From NCBI RefSeq assembly GCF_001194135.2, contig NC_068997.1:1362559-1426558 (forward strand): a stretch of 64,000 nt of DNA. Reading direction: 5' to 3'. Position 1 is the first letter of the stretch. Each line of letters starts with the position of its first letter. Under the pieces are notes generated by a model, which was not told the origin of the DNA, did no database searches, and saw nothing but the letters and a program-made list of their open reading frames with translations. Made by a program: the position numbers and the translations under genes. Below, piece by piece: positions 40,241 through 53,166 of this stretch. The DNA is from Octopus bimaculoides (taxonomy: Eukaryota).

Positions 40241-42101
40241 NNNNNNNNNNTACATTATCTTCTTTGTGAAATATTAGAGCAATATGTCTATAACTTTGGA
40301 TAGTAAGGTTCCCAGTATTTTACTACGTGTATATATATGCATACACACGTATGTTGATATATTTTTTTACAATATATGCATTTATATATTTGTACATATA
40401 TATTTATGTATATACATGCATATATATATAGATAAGCATAAGCATATACACATGTATATAAAAGTATATATGTACACATCTGCATGCATATATATGTATA
40501 TATACATGTATGTGTATGCACGAATGTGTGCGTGCGTGTGTGTTTATATATTTATGATATTTATATCGTAGACTTAAGCTGTAAAAATAACGTTTGGTTT
40601 TATTTCTTACTAAAAATAATGAGTTAAATGTTTAGAAATAAACAGCCTATTCAAACGGCGTACTTCCATATTAGCTTGCATCTATTAGCATTCACACACC
40701 CACACGCATGCACACACACACACACACACACACACATACATACACATATACACACACACATACACGCACACAACGCTCACATATAACTCTCCAATACAGC
40801 CTAACTGACATCAAATCTCACTCATACACACTTACACGCTTTTACACTCACGCACATATTGAAATATCCTAGTTTAGCACCTCAATTTATTTAGTGAAAA
40901 ATAACTCCATTTTATTGACGGTGGTTCTTTATGGAACTAATTAGTCATAACAGTATGAGGGACGTTTCTGATAATGGAAACAAGAAAAACATCATTACTG
41001 AATTATGTCTGATGTTAATATCTCAATATTTCACTTCTATATATTTAAATAGATCCGTATGATATTTTTCTCTATATATAAAAATATGTTTCACCTTAAC
41101 AGCCAGTAGTTAATTACGTGTGAAGTATTTCATAGATGAAATATTTTAAAATTGGTATTTTAATGAACATATTGGTATGTAGGTAACAGTTTCCTCCATT
41201 TACTTACATGTGTCAATATAATTTAGCAGCAAAAAGAGAATATTATATATGTATGTATGTATGTATGTATGTGTGTATGTATATATTTATTTCTCAAAAA
41301 TCTATGCAATTTTTATTTATTATATATATGTTTGACATATTTAATATGCATATTTAAAAAAGAATTTAAGGTTTTTGATCGAATAATTCTGATTTAGTAA
41401 ATTAAAATGTATAACATTCTACTAATTTGTCTACTAATTCAATTAAGTTATGTTATATTTATACAATAAAGATTATCTATTTCCAGGAATGTTAACTAAA
41501 CCCCTTCCCCAGTTTTAGCTTGAGCCTTGCACATTAGATATTTCATGGAATTCGTTCGATATTGTTTTGAAAAAGTAAGAGGAAAACGAAAACTAAAAGG
41601 AAATGTATTCTGGTCTTCATTCTGTATGCAGAAAATAAATTCAAACAAGACCCAATGAAAAATATCATGATGTTAAGTATAAACAATAGAATTTTAATAA
41701 CCAAGTCTAGGTTTCGTTTTATTTTCCCCTCCATAAGTGTTTTTTTTTTTTGAAACAATAATTGCTTAACTATTACAAAAACAATATAACGAAAACAATC
41801 AAATATAACAGCAATATTAATACCGAGATAACAATGAAATCTGAAGGCCAATAACAATCATTTTTCAATTTTTTTCAATATATTCAATAAAGGATTTTAG
41901 AAAGATTGTTACTTTCTGAAAATTTTCAGATTCTTCCAATTTCTTAATATTTATTAATTTTGATTCGTCACCGATTGAAAGAATTGAGATTACAAACAGA
42001 TAGGAAGCCTTTCGTATGACAATGTAAAATGCTATTTGATATATGCACTCATATACATGTATATAATCTACATTAAGAGATATGCTTTTGTATATACATA
42101 C

Positions 42102-42149
<48 letters not shown>

Positions 42150-42280
42150 GGTGTGTATGATAATAGTAAATGTTGATTCTTTTGGGTGTTANNNNNNNNN
42201 NNNNNNNNNNNNNNNNNNNNNNNNNNNNNNNNNNNNNNNNNNNNNNNNNNNNNNNNNNNNNNNNNNNNNNNNNNNNNNNN

Positions 42281-42337
<57 letters not shown>

Positions 42338-42661
42338 AATATATATAATGTACATATGTAGATGTATGTATATTTCTATGTGTATGAATGTATATAAACG
42401 TATGCGTTATTATATGAACATATGCATATTTGAATATACTTTTGCTATTTCTTGACGGTCATTACTCGAGGTGAAAGTATATGCTCAATGACGAGAGATT
42501 TTCGACCAAAATTTAACACTTGTTTCCAAACAAAACGAAAACAGTGACTGGAGCTTCTTCATCAATTAACATTGCTCACAAAACTTTGTGTCACTTGTTC
42601 CAAGGTGAACATACAAAATATCCTTTTTTTATTCTTAGAAGTTCATCGAAGACCTCCGTAC

Positions 42662-42892
42662 CTGCTCTGTGGGTACAGGAATGTCAAGTGTTAATTGGTC
42701 GATACAAGGCGACGACTGCCGTCGAGGAGCATACTTATCACGGTAGTATTTCTCGAGTTCGTTGTGGCGTTTCGTTTTCATATATTCAGTTACTTGAACA
42801 CTTTGCTTCCGTTTCCGGTTATACTGCACCGATTTCGCCTCAACTGGTTCAAGACCGACAGTTTTTAAACAGCTACTGACCATATCACCCAT
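42662..42892 (-). CDS. Candidate first coding exon (77 codons) of an unidentified host gene; N-terminus MGDMVSSCL suggests a lipid-anchored protein
   Basis: Non-repetitive ORF MGDMVSSCLKTVGLEPVEAKSVQYNRKRKQSVQVTEYMKTKRHNELEKYYRDKYAPRRQSSPCIDQLTLDIPVPTEQ. ATG context is strong (acaATGG). A splice donor CAG|GTACGG falls exactly after codon 77 (phase 0, exon ends 42662). Upstream acceptors: ttttgttttcttttattttcAG (exon start 43292) and gagtttcctcAG (exon start 42914). No homologue recognised. Confidence 0.6.
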
Positions 42893-42920
42893 TGTGTTGA
42901 TATTAGATGATTAACTGAGG

Positions 42921-43045
42921 AAACTCTCGTGAACTCTTGCAAAATCTCGTGAAATATTGTAAAATTTCGTGAAGTTTGGTAAAATCCCGTGAGCTTTTAT
43001 GCAATCTGGTGAACTCTCGTAAAATTTGGTAAACTCTCATAAAAA
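42921..43045. repeat. Degenerate 10/20-bp minisatellite
   Basis: Recurring aaatctcgtg/aactctcgtg/aaatttggta units. Confidence 0.7.
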
Positions 43046-43654
43046 TGCTGTGAATGTTTCTTATATCTCATTAAATCACGATATATTCACAAAAGACAAA
43101 TAATTTTAGAATTTCACTGATTTTTGTCGTCGATTTCGTCTTAGTTGTCTACATTTTATGTTTTATCTGACGTAAGTTGGTGAATTCCTTTGATTTCTTA
43201 TATATGTGTAGGAGAACGTTGATATTACTGGTAAATTCCTTGTTTATTGGTCCATATTGTTTGACGAACGTTGAACCTTTGTTGTAATTATTCTGAAAAT
43301 AAAAGAAAACAAAATTTTAAATAACATAGTCCAGAGAAATGTAATTATTTTAAATAACTCGTAGAATTCTAAATAACAACCAACATGACTGTATCAACAT
43401 CATACATTTAATATCAAACATTGTACTAAATTAGTCATACAAAAGCCTTTAAACACACATAGACACACACATATTTAATTTTAATTATCGTAACCGTATA
43501 ACATGAATTATCATGACAGTATAACATGAGTTATCAATAAAGATGTATACGAAATAGTATATTTATTATGCTAAATAAGTATTTCTTTAGTGTCATTGGT
43601 GAAGTTAGGTTAAAAAACAGGACTATCACTAGCTTGTAAAGCGGTTTCAACAGT

Positions 43655-44028
43655 CTTCTTTTACAGTCATCAGACTGAAGCTATGCTGGGGCACTGCCTT
43701 GAATTTTAGTCAAAGGGATAAAACCTAGTACTTTTTTAAAGCCGACTACTTTAACACACTATTTTGTCAAACCGTCAGGTTGCAGAGACGTGAGGACACC
43801 AACACACTATACCAAGCAGTGATGGGTGATAAATATAGAACGCACACACATATACACATATACACGATGAACCGTCTTTCAGTTGCCGTTTAGCAAATAC
43901 ACTCTTAAAGCTTTGGTCGATCAGAGGCTATAGTAGCAGATACTAGGCCAAGGTACCACGCAGTGGGACTGAATCCAGGACAACGTGGCAGGGTAGGAAA
44001 CATCCTATGACACAGCTACACCTCCACT
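43655..44028 (-). mobile_element. Old, diverged SINE family B copy
   Basis: Colinear but degenerate match to 49178-49574 (cagtcat...gctatgctggggcactgcc...ccaaggtaccacgcagtgggactgaa). Confidence 0.75.
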
Positions 44029-44302
44029 TTGCGATGAGGTGTCAACTGTCTAGTTTTCATCTTTCATGCTCACCTGAAGAGAATGAAACTCTTCACATGT
44101 CACAGTAACTGAACTCAGGAAATAATTCTATAAACTTTTAGTTAGATGTATTTTCCCTGACCTAAACTTTCTTAAATGTCCAGAATATCACCAGTGGTGT
44201 ATTGTGATTTTATACACACACACACACACATACACACACACGCGCACGTACACACACANNNNNNNNNNNNNNNNNNNNNNNNNNNNNNNNNNNNNNNNNN
44301 NN

Positions 44303-44333
<31 letters not shown>

Positions 44334-45614
44334 TTTACTAACAGTTTGACCCAGCACCATTCAATTTAGGTTCATTCTACGAGCTTACAAAATTCTATAT
44401 GCCTGACAAGATAGGTTCGTTCAACGCGCCTACGAAGCTAAACTGCATGGATCTGACTGAAGCTGTTATCAGATATGCTTTGAGTACCACTTCCTTTCAT
44501 TTGACCGTTCACTCGGGTAAATCTCGTTTGTGTATATATTACTTACATATATAGTATCCATATCTAACAAATTAAAATTGTAAATAGCTATAAGGTAACT
44601 GAAATGATTTTAAAGTAAAAGAAATGTAAAGTCCCCTGCTGGGTAGGAATCCAAGGTTACTTGAGAAATGGTAATTGGATGTGGAAAGTTGAAGTATTTA
44701 TTACGATATACAATCTTTGTCATCGTGACCAATTTCCTAAAATTAAATACACTACTACAGTATATTAACGAACATATACATTGCTACCCTAAGACTGTGT
44801 AAGTTGAAAGGTGGTAGAGTAGACTAATCGTATCAGTAAATCGTTTCATGTCTGTAAAGAATGATAATACACGGCAGTCATGGAATATCAATATTAAATT
44901 TGGTTTATACGAGTTCGTATGGAGTTATGAACACGCAAACAAAAACACACATTCAATTGGCTCACGTTGTTACACGTTAATATGATCAATCAGTTAGCAT
45001 GGAGGCCTATCTTGGAAAAATGTGTGTGTGTATGTGTGTATAAAGAGCAACCCTATAGTTTTTTTTTAATATTTTCAAAACATATACAGCACGTTATACT
45101 AGCATGTCTGATCATTGTATTTTCAGCGGTATGAAATTAGCAGTAGTTCGTATTTAAATCCAATGTATATTAAATGATAATTATCTCTCATTGGATGAAA
45201 TACATTTCGTTGATCTCTCCAATAACGGAACAGTACTCTATTTATCTATTTGTCTGTATACCTCTTAATTACCCTCTGTCTGTTTATCGAGCTGTCCGTC
45301 CATCCGTCTACCTATCAATCTGTCCGTCTGTCTGTCTGTCTGACCGTCTATTTAACTAGCTATCTATCTACTTGGCCATCTATTTATCTTTCTATCTGTC
45401 CATCAGTCTACCGACCTACCTGTTTGTTTATTTAGCTGTCTATTTGTCTATTTAGTTTTACAAGGAAAGATTGATTGTGAAACTTTTTATATACAAACTT
45501 TGTATATAAAATGAATGCATTACACTTCTGATTTTTTGTTAGTAATTCTCAAATACAATCTTTGCTTTATGTAGAGTTACATAGTACATAAACATTAATG
45601 TGCATACATATATA

Positions 45615-45946
45615 CGTGGGGTGTTCATTAAAGATTTCCACTGACCCATTCCGGTTATTGCAGGAAATGGAACTTGTACATGTATAATCATTCATGCCAT
45701 ATTGTAAATTGCAGCTTTCCACTAATATTCGTTTTTTTTACGGCTGCTGAAGTGGACTAAGGTGTTATAATAGAGAAAGTTGAATGCAGATCAGTGATCA
45801 TGTTCTTATACTTTAAAGGTCGTACACCAAAAGAGACATTCGATGAGATGAAAGAAGTTTATGGTGACAATGCATCATCATACAACATAGTTAAACACTG
45901 GCATCGCCATTTCAAATGTGGTCTGACATCGGTGGAAATTGCTCCT
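45615..45946 (+). mobile_element. Mariner 5' end fragment (terminal repeat plus N-terminal HTH)
   Basis: TA|cgtggggtgttc terminus. 45770-45946 reads IEKVECRSVIMFLYFKGRTPKETFDEMKEVYGDNASSYNIVKHWHRHFKCGLTSVEIAP, a typical mariner N-terminus with ATG decayed to ATA. Confidence 0.85.
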
Positions 45947-46011
45947 CGTACGTAATCTTATACTAAATGTATTTATGAAGCTATCTTTCAAGTATTAATA
46001 ATTCTTTCCCA

Positions 46012-46453
46012 TTTTAGCACAAGATCAGCAACTTTGAGAAGAGGAGGCAAGTTGATTACATCAACTCCAGTACAATACATGCAGTTATTTCATTAAATCC
46101 TAAATGATGAGGAGTAAAGTCGACGTCGGCGGAATTTGAACTCTGAACCTAACGAGTCGGAGGAAATGCCGTAAAGCATTATTTCTGACGCTCTAAAATA
46201 TTCTACAAGCCCAGCGTCCTCAATAATATTGAGAATAATCTATTCTACAACAGACACAATGCCGGAATATTTTTTAAGAGATGGGGCAATTTAATTACCT
46301 CTACCCCAGTACTTAACTGGAACTTATTTTATCGAACTCGAAGAAATGAATGACAAAGCCGAATCTGGCGGAATTTACCCAGAATGCAACGACAAAGAAA
46401 ATACTGCTAAGCATTTTGTCTGGCGTGCTAATGATTCTGCCAGTTTACTGCAA

Positions 46454-46502
<49 letters not shown>

Positions 46503-46518
46503 GATAATAATAATAATG

Positions 46519-46568
<50 letters not shown>

Positions 46569-46992
46569 GACTTCAAATTTTGACACAAGGTCGGCAATTT
46601 TGAGGAAAGTGGCCAGTCGATCGCATCTACCACTGTGCTCAACAGGAACTTATTTTATCAACCCGGAAAAGATAAAAGGCAATGTCGACCTCGTTGGATT
46701 TTGAAATCACAACATAAAGATGGATGAAATGCTGCAATGCATTTCGCCTCACGTGCTAATGATTCTGCTAGCTCACCGCTTTATTAATAATCATTTCTGC
46801 TAAAGGTACAAAGCTTGAAATTTTATGGGAGGGGACCAATCGGTTACATCGATCCCAGTGCTTCACTGATAATTTATCGAACCCGAAGGATGCAAGGCAA
46901 AGTCGACCTTGGTGGAATTTGAACTCAGATCGTGAAGACAGACGAATTACCGCTAAGCATTCTTCCCAGTGTGCTCAGAGCTTCCGCCACGC
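46012..46992 (-). mobile_element. Four head-to-tail copies of a Meta-domain-like SINE (family C): about 46012-46225, 46240-46450, 46570-46782, 46793-46992
   Basis: Each repeats degenerate versions of ttattttatcgaccc..aaggatgaaaggcaaagtcgacc..ggcggaatttgaactc. The reverse complement resembles the MetaSINE/Sauria-SINE domain gtcgactcagccttccatccttccgaggtcggtaaaatgagtacc. Confidence 0.8.
46453..46567. repeat. (TAC)n(TAA)n microsatellite between SINE copies
   Basis: Visible directly. Confidence 0.95.

Positions 46993-47061
<69 letters not shown>
46993..47061. repeat. (TAA)n microsatellite
   Basis: Visible directly. Confidence 0.95.
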
Positions 47062-48230
47062 GCTGATGCTTGACGCCATCCCTGCTCAGAGTTAACAATG
47101 CTTATATCCTTTCACTAGATCTACAAGTATGAATGTAAATATGTGTTTAAATAGCTTGCATTATTATACCAACATATATTCAGAGATAATACAACGTAAC
47201 TATTGACCTAAAACATCTTTTTTCCCCACTAATTTATTGGCTTAGTATATCTATTAAGTCAATAGATATTTTGTTGACTTTACAATAGACCATCTCGAAA
47301 TATGCCTGTTAGTATTTTAGAAATATCCATTCTTCAAAGAATTGTGTAGGTATCTCATTCCATAACACTAAATTATATATCTAATCTCGTTGAGGATATT
47401 GTTTTGTAACCTCAAACGTTTGACCAAAGGTTAGGGATCGACTAGTTACAATCTCCTTATAGAGATTATGTTAATTCTTAAACTTCTGGAAAATATCAAT
47501 CTCAGTGTAACATTCTGAAAACGAAAACAATAAAGAATGATATTGCTGAGTAAAGATTTACTACATTATGAGTGAAGCACTGATATACACTCATATGTAA
47601 ACATACACATCATATAGACGCATGCACAACATATATCATTCACGTATAATTTCCTATCCTGTGTCTTTTATGAAAGCTATCATCTAGAATTTTCTAAATA
47701 CCGATTCTAACAGGAATTCTGCTACTGCACCATTTTCTACCATCAGGCACCATGGTTATATTTCGCAGAATCCAATCTTTGTCAATCATTCCGACCGGTC
47801 TTCTGTTTCACAATAACGCTCTGCTTCTCTTCGTCTTCTCTATGTATTTTGGAGACTCTGAAGAAAGGTCAAAGCTGAAGTCAGTCTGTAAACTTCGCAA
47901 ATTCCAGAATATGAATGAGATGGAGGAAAACTCGATACGATATCTGCACTCAGCTGTTGAAGACGTGTTGCAAAGTTGGAGACACTTTTCTAATTGCAAG
48001 GTGAAGGCGAAAGGCAGATATATTGTTTTATTTATAGGTTTAATCTGTATAGTCAATAAGCAGATTTTAATAAACACACACACGCACGCACGTACACACA
48101 CACACACATGTACATGTATTCATATATATATGTGTGTGTATGTGTGTGTATGTGTGTGTATGTGTATATGTATATATATATATGTGTGTGTATGTATTTA
48201 TATGTATATATACGTATGTATCTCTCCCTT

Positions 48231-48309
<79 letters not shown>

Positions 48310-49177
48310 AACATATATCTATGTATGTGCTTGTGTGTTCAATATACTTTTCGAATTGGTTTCGTATTTAAAGCATTATCAACAACTACACGAATCTATA
48401 TCTGATAATTTGTTCGAATTTTATGNNNNNNNNNNNNNNNNNNNNNNNNNNNNNNNNNNNNNNNNNNNNNNNNNNNNNNNNNNNNNNNNNNNNNNNNNNN
48501 NNNNNNNNNNNNNNNNNNNNNNNNNNNNNNNNNNNNNNNNNNNNNNNNNNNNNNNNNNNNNNNNNNNNNNNNNNNNNNNNNNNNNNNNNNNNNNNNNNNN
48601 NNNNNNNNNNNNNNNNNNNNNNNNNNNNNNNNNNNNNNNNNNNNNNNNNNNNNNNNNNNNNNNNNNNNNNNNNNNNNNNNNNNNNNNNNNNNNNNNNNNN
48701 NNNNNNNNNNNNNNNNNNNNNNNNNNNNNNNNNNNNNNNTATATATATATATATATATGTATAATGATAACTAATTATTGCAGAATTAAACCAGAATATT
48801 TACACAGAAGTTTCCAATTTACCGTTGAGACTTTTCTATAGTTTGATACGAAGAAAAAACAAATAAATAAATAAATAACTGAAACCAACGGAAAAGCTAA
48901 TGAAAGCTTTCAGACAAAAGACGTCCATTTTTTTTTAAACACTTTGTAACTGGAAAATAAGTTGAGTAAACAACACAGCTTGTAGAAAGGTCACGACCAG
49001 TTTGGTCATGTTTTAGTAGTTAGCAATTTAAAAAGACACTTCATACTTTTTAATAGCATGCTTATTTATGTCTGTATATACATTCACGCGTACACGCACA
49101 CACGCATATAGATCTGTGTATAATGTTTGTATGTATGTTTTTATATATATATGCATGTATATATATATACATATATA

Positions 49178-49574
49178 CTCTTTACTCTTTTACTCTTTTA
49201 CTTGTTTCAGTCATTTGATTGGAGCACCGCCTTTTAGTCGAGCTAATCGACCCCAGGACTTATTCTTTGTAAGCCTAGTACTTATTCTATCGGCCTCTTT
49301 TGCCGAACCGCTAAGTTACGGGGACGTAAATACACCATCATCGGTTGTCAAGCGATGTTGGTGGACAAACACAGACACACAAACATCTACACACACATAC
49401 ACACATATATACGACAGGCTTCTTTCAGTTTCTGTCTACCAAATCCACTCACAAGGCTTTGGTCGGCCCGAGGGTATAGTAGAAGACACTTGCCCAAGGT
49501 GTCACGCAGTGGCACTGAACCCGGAACCATGTGGTTGGTAAGCAAGCTACTTACCACACAGCCACTTCTGCGTA
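49178..49574 (-). mobile_element. Full-length tRNA-derived CORE-type SINE (family B) with internal (CA/TA) tract and (AAAAGAG)n tail
   Basis: Head gtggctgtgtggtaagtagc...ccgggttcagtgcc; CORE-like segment gtgacaccttgggcaagtgtctt (compare MIR core gtgaccttgggcaagtcactt); tail (cttttact)n on the + strand. Confidence 0.9.
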
Positions 49575-49684
49575 TAATGTTTGTATGTATGTTTATATAT
49601 ATATATGCATGTGTATATATATATATATATATATATAGATATATATATATATATGCATGTGTATATATATATATATATTTCATC

Positions 49685-50590
49685 NNNNNNNNNNNNNNNN
49701 NNNNNNNNNNNNNNNNNNNNNNNNNNNNNNNNNNNNNNNNNNNNNNNNNNNNNNNNNNNNNNNNNNNNNNNNNNNNNNNNNNNNNNNNNNNNNNNNNNNN
49801 NNNNNNNNNNNNNNNNNNNNNNNNNNNNNNNNNNNNNNNNNNNNNNNNNNNNNNNNNNNNNNNNNNNNNNNNNNNNNNNNNNNNNNNNNNNNNNNNNNNN
49901 NNNNNNNNNNNNNNNNNNNNNNNNNNNNNNNNNNNNNNNNNNNNNNNNNNNNNNNNNNNNNNNNNNNNNNNNNNNNNNNNNNNNNNNNNNNNNNNNNNNN
50001 NNNNNNNNNNNNNNNNNNNNNNNNNNNNNNNNNNNNNNNNNNNNNNNNNNNNNNNNNNNNNNNNNNNNNNNNNNNNNNNNNNNNNNNNNNNNNNNNNNNN
50101 NNNNNNNNNNNNNNNNNNNNNNNNNNNNNNNNNNNNNNNNNNNNNNNNNNNNNNNNNNNNNNNNNNNNNNNNNNNNNNNNNNNNNNNNNNNNNNNNNNNN
50201 NNNNNNNNNNNNNNNNNNNNNNNNNNNNNNNNNNNNNNNNNNNNNNNNNNNNNNNNNNNNNNNNNNNNNNNNNNNNNNNNNNNNNNNNNNNNNNNNNNNN
50301 NNNNNNNNNNNNNNNNNNNNNNNNNNNNNNNNNNNNNNNNNNNNNNNNNNNNNNNNNNNNNNNNNNNNNNNNNNNNNNNNNNNNNNNNNNNNNNNNNNNN
50401 NNNNNNNNNNNNNNNNNNNNNNNNNNNNNNNNNNNNNNNNNNNNNNNNNNNNNNNNNNNNNNNNNNNNNNNNNNNNNNNNNNNNNNNNNNNNNNNNNNNN
50501 NNNNNNNNNNNNNNNNNNNNNNNNNNNNNNNNNNNNNNNNNNNNNNNNNNNNNNNNNNNNNNNNNNNNNNNNNNNNNNNNNNNNNNNNNN
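49685..50590. other. Assembly gap (largest of many N runs)
   Basis: Run of N. Other large gaps lie at about 8590-8891, 24486-24806, 28617-29357, 33318-33557, 35646-36039, 36614-37262, 37915-38356, 48426-48740, 51084-51559, 61317-61939 and 62522-62711; most are bordered by (TA)n or (CA)n. Confidence 1.
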
Positions 50591-50637
<47 letters not shown>

Positions 50638-53080
50638 CATATACACCGATATAGGCCTATATTTGTGCGTGTTTATACATACCTATATACACACACATAC
50701 ACATGCACACGCACGTGGGTACACACACACACACACACACAAACATACCCGAGTTTGGTTTCAAGCTAACCTCCGTTCCTATGTATACAATGCATTATTG
50801 TGTTTCATACATCATGTATATAGTATGAATAGTATTGGTTTTTAAATAGTTCGGTTGCTCTCCGTTAATATATTGTCTAAGCTGTATCCTACTTGTGTGT
50901 TTTTGTACTGATTAGCAGATAGGGAGTGTTTAATAAATTAACTGTCCAATGGTCGTAGTTGAATGATAAAAATCTGATATGAATCAGATTTGTATAATTT
51001 TCTTATACTTTGCTTTCTCCTCTGTTTGTGTATCTGGCATTCGCTGTATCCTGTCAGTTAGGTATATATATATATATATATATNNNNNNNNNNNNNNNNN
51101 NNNNNNNNNNNNNNNNNNNNNNNNNNNNNNNNNNNNNNNNNNNNNNNNNNNNNNNNNNNNNNNNNNNNNNNNNNNNNNNNNNNNNNNNNNNNNNNNNNNN
51201 NNNNNNNNNNNNNNNNNNNNNNNNNNNNNNNNNNNNNNNNNNNNNNNNNNNNNNNNNNNNNNNNNNNNNNNNNNNNNNNNNNNNNNNNNNNNNNNNNNNN
51301 NNNNNNNNNNNNNNNNNNNNNNNNNNNNNNNNNNNNNNNNNNNNNNNNNNNNNNNNNNNNNNNNNNNNNNNNNNNNNNNNNNNNNNNNNNNNNNNNNNNN
51401 NNNNNNNNNNNNNNNNNNNNNNNNNNNNNNNNNNNNNNNNNNNNNNNNNNNNNNNNNNNNNNNNNNNNNNNNNNNNNNNNNNNNNNNNNNNNNNNNNNNN
51501 NNNNNNNNNNNNNNNNNNNNNNNNNNNNNNNNNNNNNNNNNNNNNNNNNNNNNNNNNNAGAACAGCCCCCAATAGATGTTTCAACTTAAACATGGATCAA
51601 CATTTTTAGTCTATAATTACTCGTTATTTAGTATCTTCTATTTCCTCTATTTGCTGTTAATCGCAGATTAACTTCATATTTATAAACGATATTAACTCCA
51701 TATTTATTAACATAAAATTATATTATAGTGTATTCTCTGTGTGATGCACACACATATATACACACATGCGCATAAACATACATTATGTATTATATAGATG
51801 TAGTGTATGCATATGAAAGACAGGATTACAGTGTTAAAACGCCTTTTATCAGACATCTGATCTGCTTACTCAAGGACGAATAGGGCTGAACCATTGATGC
51901 GCAACTTTTAATTCTCTCAATCATGGCCCATAATTTTCGATATAGTTTGTAGCTTATTTGAGCATGGATGGCCTACATATCGTATAGTATCGAATAAAAA
52001 TGGCATTACAAATCCAATGTGAAAGATGTGTTCCTTAATACTGAGTGAACTAAGATCTCGTTGACAGGCCGCTGGTATTAGATAAAGTGTTAAATGCTTA
52101 CGTTATGCCAATTAATATTTACAGAGAACTGGAACTACTGCTTTCGTGGATTATATAAACAGACAGGCTGCTAATTTCTCTGGGATTGGTCAGAGTGATG
52201 TAGACACCGCTGATGAGAACCTCAAAAGTTTGGGAAATCGATAAAAGACGTCCATTATTGTTTTCAGTTTACTGAGAAATAGTTGAATTTGCTCTATTTA
52301 TGTAGCTCCTACAGAGGGTATAGATGCATCAAGTAGAGACAGATTCATCATGAAAAACTGGTAATCAATGACGTCTTCTTGAATATACAAATCACGCCGT
52401 TGCCTCTAAAAATATTGCTCCACTCTCATTCGGTGGAATATGTGTCCCGGTTTGTGCGATACTGGACTCAATGACAACACATAAAATAACTAATATTTTA
52501 TAACCTTACTTCAACTGACATTAGCGATTAAAACGATAGAATTGGAAACGTTTCAGAAATGATTTGGATTTCGATTCGGATAAAACAAAAGAGGTGAACG
52601 TTTGCGGCTGCTGCTTTACACGCAGAAACATAATACATATACACGTAATGAAATATGTCATTTTTTATATTATTTTATATTAAGCAATATTGGATATTGT
52701 AGATATTGTGAAGAGCACAGAGTAATAGGTAATAATTACATTACAAAGGAAAATGAAAAAAAAATAACAGACTGATCAGTGCGGTGTATACGTTATTCAT
52801 ATAAAGAGCTATCCCTGCGGGTGACATTGTTTATGAGAGAACGTCTTGCTTCCTCCAGTTCTTTGTCTATAGCGTTCAGTATATCAATTACAACAATATA
52901 AAGACTGTCATTCATAGATTTTATTTATGTGTCTATGTTCACATATACATAAACACACGCACCCAGACAAAAACACACTTACACATGCAGTCACGAAGGC
53001 ATACATATTCACACACATATACAATTCCATATGTATGTGTGTATATGTGTGTTTGTACGTTATTGTGTGTGTGTGCGTGA

Positions 53081-53130
<50 letters not shown>

Positions 53131-53166
53131 NNNNNNNNNNNNNNNNNNNNNNNNNNNNNNNNNNNN

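Noticed and set aside
41500-41640. Phase-0 acceptor and 41-codon frame (NEDQNTFPFSF...) as a possible next exon after 42662
   Set aside because: T-rich, low-complexity composition with no independent support; cannot be distinguished from chance.
42731-42790. RDKY motif recalling the complexin central helix (IRDKY)
   Set aside because: Only four residues match; spacing, N-terminus and acidic/coiled-coil composition do not fit complexin, so no gene symbol was assigned.
46012-46992. Repeat-spacer-like periodicity suggestive of CRISPR
   Set aside because: Units are diverged SINE copies of about 200 bp in a eukaryotic context; no identical short repeats and no cas genes.
52125-52244. 40-codon plus-strand frame RTGTTAFVDYINRQAANFSG...
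   Set aside because: Weak acceptor, short, no homology recognised and no partner exons.
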